Of a stretch of DNA of 53,815 nucleotides, positions 22,294 through 28,597 are shown in pieces. The position numbers were made by a program, and so were the translations under genes. The notes beneath the pieces are model-generated. The model searched no databases. It was not told where the DNA came from and was given only the letters and a program-made list of their open reading frames with translations. Every line of letters starts with the position of its first letter. Position 1 is the stretch's first letter. This DNA comes from a virus: IMG/VR virus record IMGVR_UViG_3300045988_111174, positions 1 to 53,815 of that record; one strand, written 5' to 3'.

Positions 22294-23031
22294 GTGGGAA
22301 AATGTGTAAAATGCGGGCGGCACGGGCTGTTTGTCCGCGTAAATGGCGATGGGCTGTGCGCAACGTGTCAGGGAATTAGTGATGCAATTGCCGCGGTCGC
22401 GAATGCAGTTACGGGAAGCCGTGGGAATTGTAAGCCTTCGAAACCGGAAAAAACGATCATTCCGAAGCGGAGCACGTATCTGAAAGATCGTAACGGAAAG
22501 CGTATTACGAAAAAAGATTACTCTATCATTTTCGACATGAGCGCCTTTTCAGAGCTAATAAACAACACGTACCAAATTGACGGGGAACACAATCGGAGCA
22601 TAATACAGCGCGATGCCGTCGAGATGGTAAAGCTGGCAAATGCACTTGAGGTAGATGCTTTTGACATTCCGCATGTCGAGGCGGATGGCCTATGGCTTGA
22701 TTTTAGTTATGTAGAGAGTAGAGGGCAATGTAAGACGACTGCTCAATTCGAGCCAAAATATAATGGTAAAATGCCAAATCCTTGCATGACTATTGGTTTT
22801 GCTTTTGACGAGGATTTGTTTGGCGTGCTGGAATATGATAAAAACGAGCTTTGCGGCGGAAAGGTAATAAAATGGTGCCGTACAAAAATAGAAGCTCCGG
22901 ATTATGTAAGGCTGGGAGGAACCTGCTGGGTTGCGCGCTTTATAAAGATTGGCGAAAACATGGAACTGTACGAAGCTATAAAGACGATTGACGGAAAACG
23001 TCAGGTTATTTACAGGCGCAGGAAAAAATGA
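22294..23031 (+). CDS. Orphan accessory protein (N-terminal zinc ribbon), visibly A/T-richer than the rest of the genome
   Basis: GTG start with GGGAGGA upstream. The N-terminus is MGKCVKCGRHGLFVRVNGDGLCATCQ. I recognise no family for the remainder. The gene lies between the repressor block and the integrase. Confidence 0.65.
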   Translation: MGKCVKCGRHGLFVRVNGDGLCATCQGISDAIAAVANAVTGSRGNCKPSKPEKTIIPKRSTYLKDRNGKRITKKDYSIIFDMSAFSELINNTYQIDGEHNRSIIQRDAVEMVKLANALEVDAFDIPHVEADGLWLDFSYVESRGQCKTTAQFEPKYNGKMPNPCMTIGFAFDEDLFGVLEYDKNELCGGKVIKWCRTKIEAPDYVRLGGTCWVARFIKIGENMELYEAIKTIDGKRQVIYRRRKK

Positions 23032-23053
23032 TACAACGATGAGGAGGGTGGAT

Positions 23054-24190
23054 ATGGCTGCAAGGAGAACCGCCGAAGCAATCTGGATCGAATCGAAGAA
23101 ATATTGGCAAATCAAGGTGCAGCGCAACGGCGTGCGCAAGGCGTTTACTTCCTCTATAAAAGGGCGAAAAGGGAAGCACGAGGCCGAAGCAAAGGCGGAC
23201 GAATGGCTGGACAGCGGAACCGAGGATATGCGCTTTGACGTTGCCGCAAAGATGTTTCTGGACGATATTCAGCGCAGGACCGGTCGGTCAAATTACGAGA
23301 ACAACGAGTGGGCGATGCGTCTTTACATCCTGCCGGAAATAAAGGCACGGAAACTATCTACAATTACTAAGGCGATGTGGCAATGCTGCATTCTGCGCGG
23401 CGCGGAGGCGGGCCTCTCAAGGCGGTCATGCTCAAACGTGCGCAGCACTATAATGGGCTTCATCAGTTTTGCAGAATCAAACAGATGGAAAATCGAAAAA
23501 CAGGACGCGAAAAAATTCACAATCCCGAACACTGCTGCCCCGAAGAAAGAGAAGATCATCTTGCAGCCGGCGGAGATTCACATGCTTTTTGAAAATGATA
23601 CTGTGACGAATCGCGGGAAGCCCGTCTTTACTCGCAATATTTACGCATGGCGTTTTTACGTTGTGACGGGTCTGCGGCGTGGCGAGCTTTGCGGGCTGAG
23701 AAAAGACGATCTTATCGGGAACGCGTTGATTATAAAACGGAATATAAATACCTATGGTCAGGAGACGTCTGGTAAAAACGACAACGCCCGGCGCGAAATA
23801 CTGCTGCCAGATGTAGCGATACAGGTTTTAAAAGATCAGAAAGAAATGCTGATGCGCGAAGGGGTTATTGCCTCAGAGTGGATTTTCCCGAACAAGTATG
23901 GAGAAAGGATGAATCCAAAGTACGTTTATACTACGTGGAAACGATTTGCGCTTCAGCACGGCATAAAATCATCCCTGCACGATCTGCGCCACACATTCAT
24001 CTCCGTAAACAAAAGCGACCTCCCGCTCGTGCTGATGAAATCCGTAATAGGGCATTCTAAGTCAATGGATACATACGGCGTTTACGGACATGATGTCGAA
24101 GGGGAAAAAGAGCGTGCTGCGCAGATCGTAGACGGCGTTTTTGCCAAAATTATAGGCGATGCGGGTGGAAAAGTGGGTGGAGATAAATAG
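23054..24190 (+). CDS. int: Tyrosine recombinase / phage integrase
   Basis: Start at ATG 23054 with GAGGAGGG upstream. Catalytic-region motifs are GLRRGELCGL, HDLRHTFIS and GHSKSMDTYGVYGH (R..HxxR..Y). Confidence 0.9.
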   Translation: MAARRTAEAIWIESKKYWQIKVQRNGVRKAFTSSIKGRKGKHEAEAKADEWLDSGTEDMRFDVAAKMFLDDIQRRTGRSNYENNEWAMRLYILPEIKARKLSTITKAMWQCCILRGAEAGLSRRSCSNVRSTIMGFISFAESNRWKIEKQDAKKFTIPNTAAPKKEKIILQPAEIHMLFENDTVTNRGKPVFTRNIYAWRFYVVTGLRRGELCGLRKDDLIGNALIIKRNINTYGQETSGKNDNARREILLPDVAIQVLKDQKEMLMREGVIASEWIFPNKYGERMNPKYVYTTWKRFALQHGIKSSLHDLRHTFISVNKSDLPLVLMKSVIGHSKSMDTYGVYGHDVEGEKERAAQIVDGVFAKIIGDAGGKVGGDK

Positions 24191-24397
24191 CAGAATCCGA
24201 CAAATCCGCTGCGCTGCAATGGTTTTAGAATTTTATATTCCTCGGCGGCGCTCCGGTCCATAATCAAAAATGCAGCCGGAGTAACTCCGGTATGGCCATG
24301 TTTTCTTCAGAAATTACGGATGCGCCGGAATTTGAACAAGTATATTCAGAACCCAAACGGGTGGAAAAATGGGTGGGGATTATGCCCCACCCATAAT
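24191..24397. other. Non-coding integrase-proximal region; probable attP
   Basis: It lies next to the int 3' end. It contains the perfect palindrome CCGGAGT-A-ACTCCGG (24276..24290). The minus strand at 24336..24317 reads TTCAAATTCCGGCGCATCCG, which resembles a tRNA T-loop plus 3' acceptor end. Confidence 0.4.
24364..24392 (-). terminator. Rho-independent terminator of the cargo operon
   Basis: On the minus strand, GGGTGGGG-cataat-CCCCACCC is followed by ATTTTTCC, 6 nt after the stop at 24398. Confidence 0.7.
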
Positions 24398-24718
24398 TCA
24401 TTTCCACCCATCGATCATCGCCTTGACCTCTGCGGTCTTGGCGATGAGGTCGTTGTGGATGGCTTCCCACGCTGCGATCATGCCGTCGGCGTAGGCGGGG
24501 TTGCGCTTGTACTCCTCGGAGGCCTTGTAACCCTCGATCAGCTTCTTCACCACGGCGTGGCCGTTGGTGTTGAAATTGATGTGAGCCGCGGCCATCTCGC
24601 GATACCACGCGGCGGCCTCGGGATGCTCCGCCTTTAGGTCGTAGGCCGTGCGGATTTTGCCGCGGGCCTCCTCGATGTTGCCGGCGATGTCGTTGCTCAG
24701 GCGCTTGATGATCTTCAT
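24398..24718 (-). CDS. Helical hypothetical protein (cargo island gene 5)
   Basis: The 106-aa ORF has GGAGG upstream and no recognised motif. Confidence 0.65.
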   Translation of the reverse strand: MKIIKRLSNDIAGNIEEARGKIRTAYDLKAEHPEAAAWYREMAAAHINFNTNGHAVVKKLIEGYKASEEYKRNPAYADGMIAAWEAIHNDLIAKTAEVKAMIDGWK

Positions 24719-24730
24719 ATCCGCGCCTCC

Positions 24731-25165
24731 TTAGGCCAGCTTGACCGCGCTGGCGCATACATGGCTGACCGTTCCGGCAACGCCGCTCAAGCGCGCGCTG
24801 ATGACGGGCTGGATCGCGCAGCAGGTGGCAAGCCGCACCACCGTCTCCACGTGCTGGGTGATTTCGCCTCCCGCCGCCACGGTATCCGTGGTAATCGCGC
24901 AGGGCATGGGCGTGGAGCCGTTGTAGAGCTGGAGCACCTGAGCGCCCGCCGCGCCGGGAGTGCTGGTCACGTCATAGCTGACGCGGAACAGGCCGCCGGC
25001 GTTGATGCGGAAGCCGCCGCTCTGGGTGGTGATGGAGCAGCCGGTGTCGGTGATCTGGGTGCCGAGCACGTTGATGGTCGTCCCATCGGCGGTGTAGGTC
25101 TGCAAAGCGGCGTTGTATGCGGCCTGCGCAGACTTCTGGTGGACGTTTTTGCAATTGCAGGACAT
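24731..25165 (-). CDS. Cys-capped beta-rich protein (BclA-C/C1q- or Ena-like jelly-roll suspected; cargo island gene 4)
   Basis: Start at ATG 25165 with AAGGAGA upstream. The N-terminus is MSCNCKN. The body is Gly/Thr/Val-rich and strand-like (GGFRINAGGLFRVSYDVTS..AQVLQLYNGSTPMPCAI). Cys residues occur near the C-terminus (LATCCAIQP, HVCAS). Confidence 0.35.
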   Translation of the reverse strand: MSCNCKNVHQKSAQAAYNAALQTYTADGTTINVLGTQITDTGCSITTQSGGFRINAGGLFRVSYDVTSTPGAAGAQVLQLYNGSTPMPCAITTDTVAAGGEITQHVETVVRLATCCAIQPVISARLSGVAGTVSHVCASAVKLA

Positions 25166-25251
25166 ATCGTTTCTCCTTTCCAATTCATAGCGCCCGCCCG
25201 GCGCATGGCTCGGACGGGCGCAGGCGCTGTTATAACGCGTATGTCAGTTGG

Positions 25252-25950
25252 TTACGCGACGTAACCGGCTCCGCAGTTTCCGCAGCCCTGCGCGGCGTAG
25301 GGGTTGTAGCCCGACTGATACGGGCTGCACGTCAGATACGCCGGCACAGGGGTCTTGTTGATGGCCGAGAGCAGCGTGTTGGTCTGCGACAGCGTGCCGA
25401 GCTGGAGCTGGGCCGCCTGCAGGTTGTCGCGCAGCTCCTGCATCGTGTTGGCGTTGATGAGCGCGCGGGTGGCCTCGCCCTCCGCGTGGATCGCCGTCTT
25501 CACATCGCAGCAACACTGCGCCTGCTGGGCCTGCATGGCCTGAGCCTGCAGGGCCGCGTCGTAGCGGTTCTGCATGATTTCCTTCTGGGTGGTGCAGCAG
25601 CACTGCTGGGCGGCAAACCGATTTTCCATGATCGACTTGTCGATGCCGGCCAAGCCGAGCTGGGTGTTGTAGCGATTCTCCAGCACGTCGCGCTGCACGC
25701 CAAACTGGTCACGCATCAGGCCGTTCTGGTTGCGGAGGATTTCGGCGGTGTTAAAACCGTCGGCCATCTCGCCGCGGGTGAGCGCACCCTGAAGGCCGGC
25801 ATTGCCGTTGCCCCACAGACCGCCACCCATCATTCCGAATACCAGGAAGAGCACGACGATCCAAAAGAAACCGCCGTCGCCGAAAAATCCGTCGCAGTTG
25901 CGATCCTTATTGGTCACGGCCGCGATGTCGGCAAGGGTCATATTGTCCAT
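25252..25950 (-). CDS. Membrane-anchored Cys-triplet repeat protein with YjcZ-like N-terminus (cargo island gene 3)
   Basis: The N-terminus is CDGFFGDGGFFWIVVLFLVFGMMGGGLWG. Internal repeats are VLENRYNTQ, IMENRFAAQQCCCTTQKE and IMQNRYDAALQ..AQQAQCCCDVKT. The C-terminus is GCGNCGAGYVA. Confidence 0.6.
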   Translation of the reverse strand: MDNMTLADIAAVTNKDRNCDGFFGDGGFFWIVVLFLVFGMMGGGLWGNGNAGLQGALTRGEMADGFNTAEILRNQNGLMRDQFGVQRDVLENRYNTQLGLAGIDKSIMENRFAAQQCCCTTQKEIMQNRYDAALQAQAMQAQQAQCCCDVKTAIHAEGEATRALINANTMQELRDNLQAAQLQLGTLSQTNTLLSAINKTPVPAYLTCSPYQSGYNPYAAQGCGNCGAGYVA

Positions 25951-26005
25951 TTAGGTCACTCCTTTTTGATATTTATCCTCAGCCCGTAGCGCTCCGGGCA
26001 AAGAA

Positions 26006-26224
26006 TCATCCCTTGAAAAATCCCTGCATCTGCTCGGCGATCTGCTTCGCCTGCTCAAGCTGCTGGGCGTTGATCTGGCCGCTTTGCAGCATCTCGTTGA
26101 TCTTCTGCTGGGCGGATTGCGGCGACCACATCTGTCGAAATTTCCGGAACTGCTGCAGCATCTGCATTCCCGGTATCTGGGCGTTGGCCTGTTTGGCCAT
26201 CATGCCGATGAGAGGGTTGCTCAC
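26006..26224 (-). CDS. Small Gln-rich helical protein (cargo island gene 2)
   Basis: The GTG at 26224 overlaps the upstream stop (GTGA), with GGGAGGGA upstream. The sequence reads ...MQMLQQFRKFRQMWSPQSAQQKINEMLQSGQINAQQLEQAKQIAEQMQGFF. Confidence 0.55.
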   Translation of the reverse strand: MSNPLIGMMAKQANAQIPGMQMLQQFRKFRQMWSPQSAQQKINEMLQSGQINAQQLEQAKQIAEQMQGFFKG

Positions 26225-26649
26225 AGGTTGATCCCTCCCAGCGCGTTTTCGAGCTGCGACAGCTTGTCCGACACAGCCTTGATCTCTTCCTTGGTGGCAA
26301 ACTGCGACACGTCGATCTGGGGCGCGGGCGCAGCCTGCGTCTGGGCCTGCGGGTCGATTTCCAGCAGCCGGAACGACTTGAGCGTCGCCGTTCCCATGCT
26401 GTCCACGGCCTTGACGTGGATGACCGGGTCGTTGTTGTCCATCATCCACGCCGTCTGTCCGGGCTGGACGATGTGGTCGCGCGCGCCCTGCACGCCGTTG
26501 ACGTAGATCCACGACACATTGCTCTGCGCGCCGCTGTTCTGCGGCGGCAGCTGTTGCGTCATCTGCATCATCTGGGGCTGAGGGGGCATGTAGTTGGCGT
26601 TGAAATATCCCGGCACAGCGGGCTGTGGGAATGGGTAGTTATAAGCCAT
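26221..26649 (-). CDS. Pro/Gln-rich N-terminus plus small beta domain protein (cargo island gene 1)
   Basis: ATG at 26649 with GAGGTG 6 nt upstream. Translation is MAYNYPFPQPAVPGYFNANYMPPQPQMMQMTQQLPPQNSG, then WIYVNGVQGARDHIVQPGQTAWMMDNNDPVIHVKAVDSMGTATLKSFRLLEI. Confidence 0.65.
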   Translation of the reverse strand: MAYNYPFPQPAVPGYFNANYMPPQPQMMQMTQQLPPQNSGAQSNVSWIYVNGVQGARDHIVQPGQTAWMMDNNDPVIHVKAVDSMGTATLKSFRLLEIDPQAQTQAAPAPQIDVSQFATKEEIKAVSDKLSQLENALGGINL

Positions 26650-26858
26650 GCGTTGCACCTCGCTTTCTGATGCTATTTTCGCATGGGCGGCGGTGGAGTG
26701 CGGGAAACTATGCGGGGTTTGTGGGAAAAATCAAAAACAAGTGAAGAAATTGAAGATACAACACAAGAAAGAACGTAAGACGTATCAAAAAAAGAGTGAA
26801 ATTTGAAGTATACTTACAGAAAATCCGGCCAAAAATGAAAATAACGCCCGTCATAGTA

Positions 26859-26887
26859 TTGACAAGGCGTTGATGTTGTGTTAATAT
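26859..26887 (+). promoter_or_regulatory. Near-consensus sigma-A-type promoter of the orphan small RNA
   Basis: TTGACA (26859..26864), a 17-nt spacer and TAATAT (26882..26887). Confidence 0.7.
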
Positions 26888-26893
26888 ATAGGT

Positions 26894-27052
26894 GTCGTCA
26901 GAGATGGCGGCTGTCAGGCTCGGAGCACCGAGCGTAATTGTCCTGATGCTGGGCACTGTGGATTAAAATAAAACGGTTGCTGCATTGGACACTGTTTGAG
27001 CGTTTACGTTCAGCAACAAAAATGGCGCCGAGATTCTCTCGGCGCCATTTTT
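26894..27052 (+). ncRNA. Stand-alone structured small RNA (about 160 nt), class unknown
   Basis: The promoter above and the intrinsic terminator at 27017..27053 bracket a segment with no plausible protein gene. Internal hairpins are GCUCGG-agca-CCGAGC (26918..26933) and GUUGCUG...CAGCAAC (26976..27017). The only ORF is a 20-codon MAAVRLGAPSVIVLMLGTVD (26904..26966). Confidence 0.55.
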
Positions 27053-27053
27053 G
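27017..27053. terminator. Bidirectional rho-independent terminator
   Basis: The sequence is CAAAAAT-GGCGCCGAGA-ttc-TCTCGGCGCC-ATTTTTG. The 10-bp GC-rich stem is flanked by an A-run and a T-run. It ends the sRNA on the plus strand and the 27064..27630 gene on the minus strand. Confidence 0.8.
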
Positions 27054-27063
27054 TTGCCCTGAT

Positions 27064-27630
27064 TCAGCCCTTGAGGCTGTCGTCGATCGCTCTTTGCATC
27101 ATGGCGATTGCGTCCTCTCTGGAAACCGATCTCCAGCCCCAATAGTCATTGCCTCTGGTCATCTCGTCGTCATTGAGGACGAGATACCAGCCTCCGTTAT
27201 CATGCTCCCGGTATTCGGCTTCCAGTTCTTCAGCCGACGCGTCTTCGCCGAGGCTGCGCCAGTAAAAGTCCACTCTGTAATTGCTTCCCCTGCCGCGTGC
27301 CCAATCGAATGCTTTTTCCGCATCGTCAAACACGCCGCTGTCAAAGCACAGGCCTTCCCGGTTTATGAGGTCTACGATGATTTCGCCCTTCATGTTTTTG
27401 TCCTCCTTGTTTTTCCGGATCAGTTCGTCCACCGTGCAGTTCAACGCATCGGCCAGCCTGAGCAGGGAGCTGATGCGCGGGTCGCGCTTGCCCATCTCCC
27501 ACTTGGCGATCATCTGCTGGGTGCTGCCGATTGCCTCGGCGAGCTGTTGCTGGGTCATGCCCAGCGCGATTCGGCGCTGGGCGATGGGGCTGCTGCCCGT
27601 GTTGCTGTTAGGTCTTGGGTCAGTGCGCAT
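27064..27630 (-). CDS. XRE-family HTH protein with an unknown 110-aa C-terminal domain (last gene of the three-gene cassette)
   Basis: Start at ATG 27630 with AAGGAGGAG upstream. The HTH is RRIALGMTQQQLAEAIGSTQQMIAKWEMGKRDPRISSLLRLADALNCTVDELI. The C-terminal domain is Trp/Asp-rich. Confidence 0.75.
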   Translation of the reverse strand: MRTDPRPNSNTGSSPIAQRRIALGMTQQQLAEAIGSTQQMIAKWEMGKRDPRISSLLRLADALNCTVDELIRKNKEDKNMKGEIIVDLINREGLCFDSGVFDDAEKAFDWARGRGSNYRVDFYWRSLGEDASAEELEAEYREHDNGGWYLVLNDDEMTRGNDYWGWRSVSREDAIAMMQRAIDDSLKG

Positions 27631-27835
27631 CTCTTTTCTGCTCCTCCTTGCCGTCGGCGGACTTGCGCAACGATACGCAAAATGCCCAATCTTTCTTCGT
27701 CGGCTTATTTTCTGGATTGCAGTCTGCACAAATCCAGCTGCCTCTAGCAACGATCTCACCCTTGTACCAATACTCGTGGATCCCCGGGCATTGCTTGATG
27801 ATCTTGCCGTACTTGGACGTGTATGTGATCTTCAT
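27620..27835 (-). CDS. Hypothetical small protein
   Basis: 71-aa ORF with an 11-nt overlap onto the downstream start. Confidence 0.55.
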   Translation of the reverse strand: MKITYTSKYGKIIKQCPGIHEYWYKGEIVARGSWICADCNPENKPTKKDWAFCVSLRKSADGKEEQKRDAH

Positions 27836-27895
27836 AATCTGCTCCTTTTTCTTCCTTCTCCCGGTCTTTTGCCCGGCCGGGAGGGCTTGGTTGTC

Positions 27896-28417
27896 TTATC
27901 TGTTGGCGATCTCCATCATCTTGGCGTAGCCCTCGGGATCGCTGACCTTATACTCTTCCACCCACCGATTAATTCGGTCGACGTACATCTGACCGCCGGA
28001 GATGGTGTTCTTCAGCTCGTCGCGATGGTCGATCCACCACTTGGCGCTGGGGTTTTCGGCGATGATCACGTCGAGCACCCGGATTGTATAAACCCTAAGG
28101 TCATCATAGGCTTTGTCGATGTATACGCGCTGGATCATCAGCGCGTACTTGGCGCGGATGTCCTTCGCCCAGGCGATCTGCTTTTCGCTGCCGGTGAGGT
28201 TGTCCGGCAACTCCACCGGCAGCGCCTTGACGGCCTCGGCCAGCTCGGCGGCTTCCGCTTCGCGGTGGGCCTGCGCGGCGCACTTGGGGCAGAGGGTGAT
28301 GTTTTCGCGCGCCCAAGCCTCGCTGCTGTCCGCGTCCCGGCGGTTGTAGCACTTCTTCCGCCACTCAAATTCGTTTTCACACGCCTTGCAGATGAGCTTC
28401 ACACTTGCCATTGCCAT
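27896..28417 (-). CDS. Hypothetical protein with an N-terminal zinc ribbon
   Basis: Start at ATG 28417 with GGAGGA upstream. The CKACENEF...CPKC pattern is followed by LTGSEKQIAWAKDIRAKY. Confidence 0.6.
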   Translation of the reverse strand: MAMASVKLICKACENEFEWRKKCYNRRDADSSEAWARENITLCPKCAAQAHREAEAAELAEAVKALPVELPDNLTGSEKQIAWAKDIRAKYALMIQRVYIDKAYDDLRVYTIRVLDVIIAENPSAKWWIDHRDELKNTISGGQMYVDRINRWVEEYKVSDPEGYAKMMEIANR

Positions 28418-28462
28418 TGTATTTCCTCCACTTTCTGCGGTTATGCCGCCGGTCGGTCTTGT

Positions 28463-28512
28463 CTCTCTCAACCTTGTGACTATATTATACATCCATTTGG
28501 ATGTATTGTCAA
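28463..28512 (-). promoter_or_regulatory. Consensus sigma-A-type promoter with a palindromic operator and the same initial transcribed motif as the 18.2-kb promoter
   Basis: On the minus strand, TTGACA (28512..28507) is followed by the 17-nt spacer atacatccaaatggatg, which contains CATCCA-AA-TGGATG. TATAAT (28489..28484) follows, then TCACAAGGTTGAGAGAG (28479..28463). Confidence 0.7.
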
Positions 28513-28558
28513 GCCTTTTTATAGGATTTCCCAAACTTTTTTTTGCAAAAAAGCCAAA

Positions 28559-28591
28559 AGAAAAAAGGCCGGCGGATTGCTCCACCGGCCT
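28559..28591 (-). terminator. Rho-independent terminator ending the late/lysis operon
   Basis: On the minus strand, AGGCCGGTGGA-gcaa-TCCGCCGGCCT (one mismatch) is followed by TTTTTTTC. Confidence 0.7.
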
Positions 28592-28597
28592 GAAAGC

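Noticed and set aside
24191-24397. A complete tRNA gene near the integrase.
   Set aside because: Only a 3'-end-like fragment of about 20 nt is present, with no D-arm, anticodon arm or 5' acceptor strand. It is treated as a possible attP core instead.
24264-24758. A 164-aa Arg-rich minus-strand ORF overlapping 24398..24718.
   Set aside because: It is an alternative frame of a gene with a better RBS and a plausible helical protein sequence. It would also run through the terminator hairpin.
26708-26956. An 82-aa minus-strand ORF in the A/T-rich intergenic region.
   Set aside because: No RBS is present, and the Phe/Leu/Ile-rich translation is typical of AT-rich non-coding DNA. It overlaps the sRNA promoter and 5' end.
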